A DNA stretch of 56,158 nt, taken from NCBI GenBank assembly GCA_035763445.1, contig DASUBD010000190.1, forward strand, positions 1 to 56,158. The letters are read 5' to 3'. The DNA comes from Candidatus Angelobacter sp. (GTDB lineage: Bacteria > Acidobacteriota > Terriglobia > Terriglobales > Acidobacteriaceae). The notes beneath the pieces were generated by a model. The model ran no database searches and had not been told where the DNA came from. It saw only the letters and a program-made list of their open reading frames with translations. Shown piece by piece: positions 35,434 through 46,500 of the stretch (the stretch's first letter is position 1; each line of letters opens with the position of its first letter). Made by a program: the position numbers and the translations under genes.

Positions 35434-36383
35434 TGGCTCTGCTTGAGACTCGCCGCGAGCTTACGGAAAGATTCGAGCTCGTCGTTCACGAGACGAACCA
35501 CGTCGCCGTACTGGGCGTAGGACTTGGAGAATTGAGGATACTGACGCTGACAGTCCTGGATGTCACTCTCGCTTGGAAGATCATACTGCTCTGAAATCGC
35601 GGCAACTATGGCCAGAATCTGCGCGCCGTCAAACTCTCGCGGGCCACCCTGCTTCGGGGGCAGGTCAACCAGAACGGCGCCTTTGGGTTGGGAGAGCCGT
35701 GCATCCGCCGCGCGCAGAGCAATCGCGATCGGGTCGTTTTTGTAGGCTCTGAACTTCTGCTTCGCTTCCTCCCGATTTGGAGCCGACGGGACCTTCCCAG
35801 GACAGGCTTTGTTAGATTGGGCGGCGGCGGGCGATGCGGGCATAATGCTGCTATTTTCCCAGGCATCCGGGATTGACAGATATAGCTGCTTGGGCTTCCC
35901 TGGCTCAATGTCAACTTCCCAGCCAGCCGAAATTACAAATGGGAAGGAACTTTTGTAAAATGGCCCGGGCAAAAGGACCGCAATATCAACATTGTATTTG
36001 CCTGCGGAAAGTGGAAGCTCGACAGGTTGGAAAAGATGCAAGGCGTCCCTCGATTCGGCGTCGAGGTCATAGGGACTGAAGTCGCGGTCCCAGCCGTCGT
36101 CGTGAATCTCTCTCAGGACGAGGCCATTTTGGTTCAGAATCTCCCATCCTTTCTTACCCTTTGAGGCAACGACAGCAGAACCTGTGTCCGACGGGGGGTG
36201 TGGAGGCGCACTCACGATATGCCCGTTCACGTAGATCCAATAATTGCTCCCGACCACGCCGGAAGGCACCCAAACTGTCAGCCGGGCAGAGGCCGGCTTC
36301 GGCGCATCATTGCACACAGCGTTCATCTGACGAGGAATTCCAATCACTACAAGAAACAAAATCAGGTGGATGGAATAACGCAT
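35430..36383 (-). CDS. secreted hypothetical protein, translationally coupled to 34000-35433
   Basis: The signal peptide is MRYSIHLILFLVVIGIPRQMNAV, from ATG at 36383. It has a 4-nt ATGA overlap (35430-35433) with the downstream gene. I recognise no motif. Confidence 0.65.
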   Translation of the reverse strand: MRYSIHLILFLVVIGIPRQMNAVCNDAPKPASARLTVWVPSGVVGSNYWIYVNGHIVSAPPHPPSDTGSAVVASKGKKGWEILNQNGLVLREIHDDGWDRDFSPYDLDAESRDALHLFQPVELPLSAGKYNVDIAVLLPGPFYKSSFPFVISAGWEVDIEPGKPKQLYLSIPDAWENSSIMPASPAAAQSNKACPGKVPSAPNREEAKQKFRAYKNDPIAIALRAADARLSQPKGAVLVDLPPKQGGPREFDGAQILAIVAAISEQYDLPSESDIQDCQRQYPQFSKSYAQYGDVVRLVNDELESFRKLAASLKQSQ

Positions 36384-36714
36384 TAGGGCACCTGGGCTTG
36401 CCAGTCCGTTTCGCAACGCGGTTGTTTGCAGGAAGACGATTCTCCGCATCATCCTATTGTCGTTTAATTCAAGTACGAACACTGGTGACGAAAGTCACAC
36501 TCAAATGCTCGCAACAAGGGATCGACCACCCAGGGACGCCGGGAGGGCGAGAGAAAGCAGAAAGAGTTTGTCACCCGCCAAGAATACTTTTTCTTTGAGT
36601 GAAAGCCCGGCCAGGGCAATATATCGCTTGACCCCGTCAGGCGCGCTCTCTCATATGTACCGTGTGTCGCCCATTCCATATAGAATCTCGGATTATCGGG
36701 GTGAGGATCGAGAC

Positions 36715-37539
36715 ATGAAACAGCGGCGCTCCAAATCGTCCATTAAGTGGCGGTGTATTTTCAGATTCGCCTTCCTCTTGATCCTGGGATGTATCGGTTG
36801 CAGCAAGCCGCCGATGTTCCACGTCGTGGCACGCAGTGAACGGGCGACTGAAGGCGAACGGTACAAGATCTTTCTCAAAGGGCGCGAGTTGGGAACGGTC
36901 ACCGGCAGTGGCACGTTCGCGTTCGATGCCGACGGCCGGAAGGGCGATACCTTCCAACAGATGCAGCCCCAGGATCTGGAGGTCAGAATACCCTGGGTTT
37001 GTGGATGGGTAAAAACGGATTTCTCGTTGTACCTGGCCCATCCCGACGAGATTGAACGTGCCCGAGCCGAACACCGCCCTATTCAGGCCGGCATGAGCGT
37101 CTCGTACATGCCGCCCGCGTTCGATTGGGTCACGATCTTTGTCGATAACCGTGGCGGGCCGCTACAGACGGTTTCGATTGGCGAATTGCAGGAACAGGTG
37201 CCAGCGGGAGCGGCACAACGCGTCCTTTTGCCCTATTCGGAGGGTTGCGACAAGGCGAAGGATGTGCGCCTCAATGGAGCGGTTGTGGCGCCGGTCAGCA
37301 CTCGGCAAACCCTGCTGATCGACATCTCGCATTCCCATTGCTACCGTGTCGAATGGGCAGGCTACGGCTTCGATGACTCAGGCCACGGCAAAACAATTTA
37401 CCAGCCACACCCTTTCCAGTTCCTGGACAGCAACCCCGACTTTTTTATGGAACCAATGCCAGGCTCCGTGGTAACAGCAGGAAATGGCACCGTGAGGGAT
37501 ACCCTAAAGGACGTAGCCTGCCCTAAGCGTGTTCGCTAG
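36715..37539 (+). CDS. lipoprotein, function unknown
   Basis: MKQRRSKSSIKWRCIFRFAFLLILGCIGCSKPP contains a lipobox-like L-G-C. GGTGAGGA SD lies upstream of the ATG at 36715. The gene is divergent from the secreted pair. Confidence 0.65.
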   Translation: MKQRRSKSSIKWRCIFRFAFLLILGCIGCSKPPMFHVVARSERATEGERYKIFLKGRELGTVTGSGTFAFDADGRKGDTFQQMQPQDLEVRIPWVCGWVKTDFSLYLAHPDEIERARAEHRPIQAGMSVSYMPPAFDWVTIFVDNRGGPLQTVSIGELQEQVPAGAAQRVLLPYSEGCDKAKDVRLNGAVVAPVSTRQTLLIDISHSHCYRVEWAGYGFDDSGHGKTIYQPHPFQFLDSNPDFFMEPMPGSVVTAGNGTVRDTLKDVACPKRVR

Positions 37540-37828
37540 TGCAATCCCGGGCTGCTGGGTAGCCCTGGGTGTAATTGGGTCCAAACCGTCCCCCTGATTG
37601 AAGTATGCATGCGCGTGGGGGCATTCAAGGTGAAGCAAAGAACCACCTGGGCGGGCGAGGAAGACTGCCGAGACTTGGTTGTATCTGGATATACCGTGGC
37701 AAGGGTGTGAAGCCGAAGGCGAAATTGAGCTTCGCTTACGGATTCAAAAAGCATTGATCTTTCCAGACCTTTCGTATTGTTTGGCGTCTTCTCTGCCATG
37801 GCGCTTGCGCTCGCTCTGGTGGGCGTCG

Positions 37829-38278
37829 TCACCTCCTCATTCCCAAAGGCATGTTGTCGGCTGCCGACGCGACCTGTGCCCAGTTGCCGGTGATGATTCC
37901 ATGAGCCGATTGACCGGTTGCTATGGCCTCTTGAGAAAATGTTCCATTTGGATTGAACGGGTTTAGCCCCGAAGGCAATGTCTTGTAAGTGCGCAGTACT
38001 CCGACAAGTTCACAACCTGGCATCCATGGTAACCATTGCTGATGTCTTGTTGCAGCGCCGAAAGCTAGGCAGGGGGACGTGCAGACTCTCTCAAGGCAGT
38101 GCCAATGGGCGATATCTCTTCCTGCAAGTGCAATCGGGCCGCCAAACTCGATTAAGGCGAGGCAGACTCGTATGCGAACGAAACGGATTTCTCGGGCGAG
38201 CCCTAAATCCGAGGTCACCCACGTCTTTCCACTCACAGCACAACTCCACACCATCATCTTTGAAGCAAGTCGTTTCAA
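37829..38278 (-). CDS. hypothetical protein (weak)
   Basis: Supported only as an open frame, with no motif and no convincing SD. It lies in the gap between the lipoprotein gene and the helicase stop. Confidence 0.25.
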   Translation of the reverse strand: MKRLASKMMVWSCAVSGKTWVTSDLGLAREIRFVRIRVCLALIEFGGPIALAGRDIAHWHCLERVCTSPCLAFGAATRHQQWLPWMPGCELVGVLRTYKTLPSGLNPFNPNGTFSQEAIATGQSAHGIITGNWAQVASAADNMPLGMRR

Positions 38279-38345
38279 AGCTGCAGATCAATAAACGGTA
38301 AGTTTAGTGAGCCCGCGATCCTGACAAAATGGTGAAGTAACCGGC

Positions 38346-41300
38346 CTAATGCCTCTGATTCGGCGACTTCCTCCGGAACCTTTCGATTCGCTCAGCAGCC
38401 GATATTGGTTGCGCCGGTGAAGCCGTCGAGGGACTCTCAGCCCCTTCGGTCTCATATTGTCGGTTCGCGAGGAGATCACGGAGGACAGCAAGCGCTACGG
38501 GGCGACGCAGTCTCCCAAGCTCAAGATCCGCCTGGCTCGCTGTCGTGAGCAGACAGTTTAGGCAAGCTGATGTGCACTTCCGATCGTGCTCGGAGTTGCG
38601 GTACAGCAACTCCGCTGTTCGTTCAAACCAACTTCTAGCGTTGGCATTTGTAGCAAGCTCAGACACGTGTCCTGCTCCACCGGCGGTGTTGTCGAAAAGG
38701 TAAAGCCCCAATCTGGCGGCTTGACCTGAAGGAGCAAAGTGCACACCAAGCTCCCGATGATCTATTTCCAGAAGCTCCGCGCCAGCTAATCGCAAGCCGT
38801 GACCAAGCGTCACTATTACGTCGCTCGATAGGTCTCGATGACCCACACTGGAAAAATCAAGTTGAAGAATATCCGTAACATGGGTTGCGGCGAAGAGGTG
38901 ATTCCGAAAGACGGGAGACGCATCGCGAGGCCAACAGATCCCTCGATCTAAATGCAAGGCGGTGTGGTCGGAAAACCCCTTTGGGAGGTTCATTCGTCCT
39001 TCGCCGTGATCGGGTTCGCTTTGAGAATACCCGCACCGTGTGCATATAGCGAAACCTTTTTCATTTTCGCCATTGTTGTAGGAGAGCATCTCTCCGCCCT
39101 CGCACAATTCGGCCGAAAGGTGACGGATTCCCGCGAAATCGTCCGTTCGGATGTTCGACCTGCCTTCTATGAATGCCATTGTGGCTAAGGACGTGTCGCC
39201 AATCCGCTCAACATTTCCTTCCCACTGTGGGGGATCCCAAACAGCGGTGGAATATCCGTAACGAGCGATAAGAAGGGGCTCGCCTTGATCACGCTTCATG
39301 CATGTGCAGCCCTTGATCTTACAGAGGGGCGTCTGGTCTGGCAGAAAAGAATAGGAGACATGTCCTGCATCGCACACGTACTTCCAACAGCGTTTGCCAA
39401 ACCCAGTTTCTTCCGCACCTTTCCTCCACGCCGGCAAGACACCCTGCGATGTATAGGTGCGGCCGCCTACCAAAACCTTAGAGCCGGGGACGTATTCGCT
39501 CACCGCAAGAATTCCGCTCCGCTCAAGCTTTATGGGCACCCTCGACACCGAGCGATTCGATGGCACGGTGAGCGACTGCACTCCAATTGGAAACCCGTAA
39601 CGCGGCAAAAACTGGCGAGTTCCTAACTCTTCTATAACTGTCGTCCCCCACAGAGCATCCGCTTGATGAGCGATTGCGTTTAGCTGGGATATCGACGTCT
39701 TCTCTGTCCACCGTAAGCGCCGCACCCACTCTTCAACCAACCCATCATAATCGCTTCTCCATTCAACGCACGCCTTTCGGAATGAATGTGCAACCTCAGC
39801 CATGAGTGAGTCCCAAGCTTGAACTTTGTTGGACAGTGGAGTGCTTGCTAACAAGGTCTTGATCTTTTCAAGATATGGCGACCCGGCTTCTCTCAATGCT
39901 TCAATAAAATTTCCAAACTGGTCTGCTACACTCAGCTGCTGATCACCCCACCATGGATAATCTGTTCGCAGATTGAGTTCATATGCGAATTCATGCGGTC
40001 TATCAGGCCATTTTTCGCTGCTACGAACGATCGGAAGACGAGGACGACCAAGCAGCCAACCCATCTTCTGAAAAGCGTTCATCGCACCAACACGTGTCAT
40101 CGGTAGATAGATAAGTCGAAAGAACTCACCCAATAGAAACGCATGCAGGTGCTTACGGCTGAATCGTTCCCTTCCGAGGAGGACAGAGGGTTCGCGCAGA
40201 GGTCGATGAAAAAAAGCGGTGAAGTCTCGGAAAACCGCATGATCAAAAGCAGTCGTTCGAGCGTAAGTTGCGACGATTGATGACCCGTCCGAGCGGCGCC
40301 CGGCGCGCCCACCACGCTGCTGGTAGTTTGCCCGGCTCGGAGGTACATTGCCAAGCAATACGCCTGAAAGACCCCCAATATCTATCCCAACTTCCAAAGT
40401 CGTCGTGGCGCTTAGAACGTTTCGAGCTCCTTTCGAAAACAAGTCCTGCAACCGCCGGTTCTCATCACTGCTCAGCTGGGCGGAGTGTTCTTCTGCCCAA
40501 AGACCTATTTGGAAGGCGGGGTCATTCTTAAATGATCGTCGAGATCGTCCGAGCCGCGGGTGATTATCGAGCTCTTCTGGCAACGCAAGCTCCAAAGAAT
40601 CATACGACCCTTGCTCTGGTGCGCAACGAAAAACAGAGCGGGGCCAGACGTGTCCCGTGATTCTGCACACAAACAATTTTTCTGGCACACGCAGAGTGAG
40701 ATGTTTCAAACGAAGGCGAATGGCATCGCGTGGAGCTCCATCTCGACTCTGACGCGAGCTCGATTCCAGCCAAGTAACACCGGATTCGGCCATTTGCCGA
40801 AGCTGGTCAAAACATGCCTGGAGCACGGGAACAATAAGTTCGTTCGACAGTTCCGCTGTGCAGCCGGCACTCCTAAGAACATTCAGGCAAAACGCGTTCC
40901 TTCGTGCAGGTGGGTTTCTGTTGATGTCTCCAATCATTGGGACCATCGTCCCAGTCCGATCCCGAAGTCCAACCCACCGGCCAACCGGGAAATATGTGTC
41001 ATTCTGGTCCGCGTCAATGTTGCCGAGAGTAATGGCCCGATCGGCGCGGAGCGTATCACAAAGCCCAGCAACAAACAGAGGCCAATTTTGGATAAACACC
41101 TGAGCTGGTTCGCTGCTCATCCGGCCCAATATCTCGTCTGGCGGCCGAAGACCAGCAATTCCTGGGTAACATATTTCAGCTAATCCAAGTGTCTCCAGCG
41201 AGATTTGTGACCATGCTGGGCTGACAAATTCGGCACTTAGGAGTCGATCAGCAGCGCGTGCAATGTCCTTGTGGTTAGCTTCCCACACTTGCTGGTTCCA

Positions 41301-43586
41301 TTCTTCCGCACGATGGTTCTGCCCTCTTTCACGAGCAAAGAACTGGGCCAGAAGAGGGCGAATAGCCAACTTGGCTGTCCATTCAGAAATTGGGACGCCC
41401 TGCTGGAGGGCTTTCAATCGCGCAGTCTTGCCAGCGAGCTCGATCTCTATGTCCTGCCGTTCGAATGCGCTCAAAGATTCGCTGGCGAACTCGACAGAGA
41501 GAAACTCGATACTCCGCTGGAGCCGCGCACGCGAGTGCTCATCAGAGGCGCCCTGTGAAAGTGTTTCCCAAATCACCACACGACGCATTTGTGCCTCGTG
41601 CTGTGTGGTTAAGAGCGGTCCAAGACGTGCCGCCTCTCGTCGGCTGTCACTGAACACGAGTAAGCGTCGTCCGCGTGCGGGCAGCCATTGTCGATCACTT
41701 GCGTTGGTGACAGGCATTGTTGCCAAGAGGCTCTCGGCAGCAACTGGTAACATAAGCGCATCCGGAATCTTTATAGGACCAAAGTTGCTTTTGTCCCCAC
41801 CGCAGTTTGGACATGTTTCAAGTTCATGCATTTGGACGAATTCGCCGTCCGCTTGTTCACATGAACCGCTCTTAAGATCAAAACTGAAACCAAGCGTGCC
41901 TTCCCCCGGCCGGCAGAACAAATACGCAGCTTCTCGTATTTGTCCAGATTGCCATCGATGGCGCGGATGAAGAGTGTTGGAGGTAAGCCGCCTCACACCA
42001 GCTAATAGCCACTCACCGCAATTTTCGCAGCGGGCCAAGGTCAGTGTTGCGCTCTCACAGGAACTGCATCGATCGTAAGGCTCGCTAACGAGTTCACCAC
42101 CTCCGGGTAGACGCGGTCCCTTAGCCGAACATGCCGGATTTGCGCATGCAGTTACTGTCGAGGGAGCGCGAAATAGGATATGCAACCTGTGAGGCAGTAG
42201 AGGGAGCTCATCAACCTGACGTCGTGCTCGTGCTCCAAGCTGAAGTAGCTTTGCCGTGGCCTTCGTGGCGTCCGCACCGTTCTCCGAGGGCCACAGGAGT
42301 GCTGACAATTCCTTCAGTTTTGTAAGCGATGCCCCCCGCTTCTCCCAGACAAGAGCCTCGAGTTGATGAATAATTGGAGCACGTTCCAGCAAGGCCATAA
42401 GAACCCGAGCGGGTGATTCCTCACCCAGAGTCACATTGACGGCATCTGGGCCGACCAAAGGTGCCATAGCCGCTCGGACTGCACCAGCGGCGGTTGAGTC
42501 AGAGATGAGCTGATTGTTCTCCACGAAAGGAATAGATTCAATGTGATCCACCTGCAGGTCACTTGGTCTGCAGGTCCGCGATGGCGGCGACGCTTCTGGA
42601 AAGGCGTGGCGTACCGGCGTGCCGTGCACTGTATGTACCAGCTCTATCGGCTTCGAGAATAACTCAGCACCAAATTTCTTAAGCACCTGTGCATCGCCGC
42701 CAAAGGTGGCCGATGTTGCAATTTGGAGAACTTCTGAGGGTGAAAGCCCACATCGCAATAGAACTCGGCGAAGCAATAAAGAGAGTTCCGCAGCGAGTGT
42801 GCCACTGTAAAGATGAGCCTCATCAATAACAATCGTTCTTAGTGCCGGCCCAAAGAACGAAGTATCCTGAGGACGGCACAACATATATTCGAGCATCGAA
42901 TAATTTGTTACTAGTACATCGGGCGGGGAAAGTCGGGCCGACTCCCGAGTTCGTTTTCGACATGGCCCAAATTTCGGATATCCAATGCTGTTCGCGTGCT
43001 GTTCGTTCTCAGGTGTTTCGCTTGTGAAATGGAACAGCGTAATATCGGATTGTGGCTGCAACCAGCGATATAAACGTTCCACTTGATCATTTACCAATGC
43101 GTTGATGGGATACAGAATGACCACGCGAACGCCGCGGTCACTCTGGGGACGCGGATGTTGAAAGAGGTCGTTCAGCAACGGAAGCAAGAATGCCTCGGTC
43201 TTCCCAGCACCAGTGCCTGCACTGACAACTATCGCGGGCCGTTCCGGATCGGGCCGCGCTGCCCTCATAATGCACTCTTCTTGGTGACGATAGAGGGGCT
43301 TCGAGACGTCAAAAGCACCACTTTTCTCTACGCACTTCGCCAGATTAGGAGAGAGAACGCCAGCTTTTGATAGTAGAGCAATGTTGTTTTCTGAGACAGA
43401 TGCAGGAAAAATGCTTTCAACCCAAAGGTCCCCAACAGTTCCTTGATGATCATCGGAGAATAATTCCATGCATTGCTTCAGGAGCTCCGGATCTCGCAAA
43501 TAGACTCGCGACTCGATGAATTCGAGTAATCGTGATCTGAGTCTGGCATGTGTGTCAACCGCATCCAACTGGAACTTGTCTGTCAT
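38346..43586 (-). CDS. giant DEAD/DEAH-box helicase with internal zinc ribbons and C-terminal DUF1998/MrfA-type Cys cluster (DruE-like)
   Basis: - Helicase motifs: motif I SAGTGAGKTEAF, motif II VIDEAHLYSG, FSDSRREAARL, and motif V/VI TTTLEVGIDIGGL...YQQRGGRAGRR.
- Zinc ribbons: CANPACSAKG...CSSCES...CENCGEW and CPNCGG.
- C-terminal Cys cluster: KCTSACLNCLLTTASQ.
- Start: I chose ATG at 43586, which overlaps the upstream stop as ATGA (43583-43586). Confidence 0.9.
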   Translation of the reverse strand: MTDKFQLDAVDTHARLRSRLLEFIESRVYLRDPELLKQCMELFSDDHQGTVGDLWVESIFPASVSENNIALLSKAGVLSPNLAKCVEKSGAFDVSKPLYRHQEECIMRAARPDPERPAIVVSAGTGAGKTEAFLLPLLNDLFQHPRPQSDRGVRVVILYPINALVNDQVERLYRWLQPQSDITLFHFTSETPENEQHANSIGYPKFGPCRKRTRESARLSPPDVLVTNYSMLEYMLCRPQDTSFFGPALRTIVIDEAHLYSGTLAAELSLLLRRVLLRCGLSPSEVLQIATSATFGGDAQVLKKFGAELFSKPIELVHTVHGTPVRHAFPEASPPSRTCRPSDLQVDHIESIPFVENNQLISDSTAAGAVRAAMAPLVGPDAVNVTLGEESPARVLMALLERAPIIHQLEALVWEKRGASLTKLKELSALLWPSENGADATKATAKLLQLGARARRQVDELPLLPHRLHILFRAPSTVTACANPACSAKGPRLPGGGELVSEPYDRCSSCESATLTLARCENCGEWLLAGVRRLTSNTLHPRHRWQSGQIREAAYLFCRPGEGTLGFSFDLKSGSCEQADGEFVQMHELETCPNCGGDKSNFGPIKIPDALMLPVAAESLLATMPVTNASDRQWLPARGRRLLVFSDSRREAARLGPLLTTQHEAQMRRVVIWETLSQGASDEHSRARLQRSIEFLSVEFASESLSAFERQDIEIELAGKTARLKALQQGVPISEWTAKLAIRPLLAQFFARERGQNHRAEEWNQQVWEANHKDIARAADRLLSAEFVSPAWSQISLETLGLAEICYPGIAGLRPPDEILGRMSSEPAQVFIQNWPLFVAGLCDTLRADRAITLGNIDADQNDTYFPVGRWVGLRDRTGTMVPMIGDINRNPPARRNAFCLNVLRSAGCTAELSNELIVPVLQACFDQLRQMAESGVTWLESSSRQSRDGAPRDAIRLRLKHLTLRVPEKLFVCRITGHVWPRSVFRCAPEQGSYDSLELALPEELDNHPRLGRSRRSFKNDPAFQIGLWAEEHSAQLSSDENRRLQDLFSKGARNVLSATTTLEVGIDIGGLSGVLLGNVPPSRANYQQRGGRAGRRSDGSSIVATYARTTAFDHAVFRDFTAFFHRPLREPSVLLGRERFSRKHLHAFLLGEFFRLIYLPMTRVGAMNAFQKMGWLLGRPRLPIVRSSEKWPDRPHEFAYELNLRTDYPWWGDQQLSVADQFGNFIEALREAGSPYLEKIKTLLASTPLSNKVQAWDSLMAEVAHSFRKACVEWRSDYDGLVEEWVRRLRWTEKTSISQLNAIAHQADALWGTTVIEELGTRQFLPRYGFPIGVQSLTVPSNRSVSRVPIKLERSGILAVSEYVPGSKVLVGGRTYTSQGVLPAWRKGAEETGFGKRCWKYVCDAGHVSYSFLPDQTPLCKIKGCTCMKRDQGEPLLIARYGYSTAVWDPPQWEGNVERIGDTSLATMAFIEGRSNIRTDDFAGIRHLSAELCEGGEMLSYNNGENEKGFAICTRCGYSQSEPDHGEGRMNLPKGFSDHTALHLDRGICWPRDASPVFRNHLFAATHVTDILQLDFSSVGHRDLSSDVIVTLGHGLRLAGAELLEIDHRELGVHFAPSGQAARLGLYLFDNTAGGAGHVSELATNANARSWFERTAELLYRNSEHDRKCTSACLNCLLTTASQADLELGRLRRPVALAVLRDLLANRQYETEGAESPSTASPAQPISAAERIERFRRKSPNQRH

Positions 43587-46500
43587 TTCACTTTGCCCAA
43601 CACCTCTAACAATTCCAAAACAAGCCATCTGCGAAATGGCTGGACTCCTATTGCAACCCGTAGGTTCGTGGATCGAATGTTTCTCCCGTGGTACAGATCT
43701 ACTGCTTCGTTCCAGAGTACCCGTCGAACAAAAGCTGGATCAGCACCCAACTCCTTTACCCCCCGCTGAAAGAGTTCGGTTCTTACAGCATCGAGAGTCC
43801 CGGACTCCCTCGGCAACCCGGCAATTATGTTCGCGAACATGGACAACAATAGTTGGCGTTCCGCATCGGAAACGTTCGAATACATTGATTTCACACCGCC
43901 CACGACGATTGCCGCCAGCAAGACTGGATTAATTAACGCGAGCTCCGACGACCCCATCCAACTGTCTTTGAGATCGCTTTCTGGCGATCCAGTCAACAAT
44001 CTCGTTGCGCGCAATATTTCAGAGGCTTGAAGTTCGTTCGGCATCCAATGCCAAAAGAACTCCCGAATAACAGCGCCCCAACCGGACGACCCGATGCTTT
44101 CATCGGTGTAGGACATGTCCCCGAATCCGCTGTCGGCCACCCACGAAAGAAGAGTCGGTAATTGTGATTTGTCAATGCATTTGGCTGCAAGATCCTTTAG
44201 TCTCGGATGTAATAAAGGAATGCGCCACCAGCGCATCCAGGGCCTAACAGCTTCCCAGGATTCAGGTGTTAAAACTTCTCTTAGCTCATCGATACATTCA
44301 CTGTGAACGAAACGAGACCCGAGGCATGATCCACGGAAGCTCACTGCGAAGGCCAAGGCCTGCTGCGTGGTATGGACAATCAGATCCCTGCCGACACATG
44401 AAATCTGTCTACGATCCACGTTGCGCGGCGCGTGTTCTCCTCTTTGCCAGATCCAAACGCCGTGCTCGGGTCCAAAATCGAGGGCACTGGAAAGCGTCAG
44501 GCAGTACCCGCCCTCTGTCGCGTCTATGTTTGCGATTAAGCCACTGTCCGAGATAGCAAGGGCAAGATCAATGCCCTGGCCTGAGGAGTTATAAGGTCCA
44601 ATTGTAAGCCGCAACGGTTCCCCTACGCCTGCAAGGACACTATCCAGCCCCGCAACACCCTGACGACGGCTTCGCGCGCAGAACCTTTGTCCCTCTAACA
44701 GTGCCCATTCCTCGGTCTCCACTTGAATGCCATGCCACGACCGCGGGGGACGGATAAACAGTTTCTTGCCAATAAAATCCTGGCGATCGAGCATGTCATT
44801 CGAATTCAGTACAAGCCAACCAGAATTTTTCTTCCGCAAAGCCGCCCCCCAGACATCATTAAGAAGAACAATTCGTGCCGCAAGCTTGTGCACGCCGGTT
44901 CCTTCCGTCGCTAGGATCCCAGCCTTTATGCGATCGTAGTTGAGAGGCGCCAATGCGACCTTGAATCCGCTTGCTGATCGTCGCACGATCTGATCGCCGA
45001 TAATGAGAGCTATTGCGGTCAGTTCTGGTGGCATCGAAACGTCAGCGGTCGAATATTCCCCGAGCCTACCTCCCGACAGGCGTATTTGAATACTGGACGG
45101 AGACTGACGCCTACTTCCGGCAGGCTCCAATGGTTGCCACAATAACTGGCCTTCCAATTCAACCTTCAAATTTTGGGGACAGCCGTTCGGAAAATCGTGG
45201 AGCACCCAAGAGTTTTGGGCAACCCGCCTCATGCGAATTCCTTTAGGAAAGACCTGAATATCCCCTCGACATGCCAGCACAACAGGGCGACCTGGTTTGA
45301 CGTTCCAGAGATCCTGTCGTTTTCCTGTAGATCGATCAAAGAACACGAGTTCATCTTCACCATTGAAAATACTGAGAGAATAGCCGGACGCGATGCAGTG
45401 GCCTTTTTCAATGAGTGTAATGCTCAATTGCGTCTCTAAAAGGGGTATGCGGAATTCGCCGAGAATGAATCTGCCTTGTTCCGACCGTATCAGCCTTGCG
45501 CGATATTCCTCTCCAAACTGAACGACATACTCTGGAGCGCTGAACTCCTCCGGCCAATTTGGTGAAGCCTCGATGCAGACACTCGGATCTGCACTGTCCC
45601 AAAGCAATCGAATGACAAATAGGTCTGACTCTTCATCCTCCTGGCCGAGCAAACCCTGAGAGGGCTGTGATTCGGTTTTCTCCGAAGCGGCCGCGATGAG
45701 CTGGTCGACATCGTGCCAGGAGAACCAAGTGCTACCTTCGAGCACTTTTCGCAGTTCTGCGGTACTTTGTAAACCGCTTCGATATTGACGGACCTCTGCC
45801 CACACATTCCGAAATTCAGGTGCTTGTAAGTCTGGATCATCAAGGAGATCATTAATGGCGACTGGGAGTTTTGCTCCTGAGAGCCACTTCGGTAGACGGC
45901 GCAAGCCGCTCGTTGTTAAGCCGAACTGCAAATACACCGTTCGCAACCAGGCCATGGCACCTTCACGTCCGAACGCGTGACGAAGGTTGAATCTTCTGCA
46001 GGCATCTTCCGTTGCTTCTTGTAACCAATACTTGGGTACGGCCCTGTCTCCGTTGAACAATTCCGACCTGAGATGCTCTCCGATTTCGCGATAAATCTGC
46101 GGCCACAACTCTCCCTCTGTTGCACGCCTACGCGCGACATCGAAACAATAGGCTAGGAAGACAATCGCTAAAGCCTCCCTTTGTGTCAATGCTCGGCTCT
46201 GGAACGTTCTGCTTTTCTGGCCTTCGATGCTCGCTGATTTTGCCCAACGGTGTAAGACGCTCAAATCGTCCGCTGACCAGTTCAGCTCAACCATTGACCA
46301 ACGGGAATCATCAACGAGTAATCCCAAGCTCTTTGCTCGGGCTAGCAAACGCATTGCGGCACTCCAAACAAAGAACTCTGAAGACGCGCTCAGATCGAAA
46401 AATAGAGTGGGTTTGCCCTCCGGTCCCCAATTAGCACCAATAGCAGATGCGATTGCTGCCTGGGCTGCGTCCGGCGTGTTCACGGATTCGGATGGCACTG

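Noticed and set aside
37536-37832. 98-aa minus-strand ORF with an ATGA overlap to the 149-aa ORF upstream
   Set aside because: The overlap pattern is suggestive. However, neither ORF has a recognisable motif or SD, and this one ends inside the convergent lipoprotein gene's stop region. The evidence is too weak to call.
40560-41970. 207-aa and 235-aa plus-strand ORFs
   Set aside because: They are antisense to the giant helicase gene, whose frame is continuous and rich in motifs.
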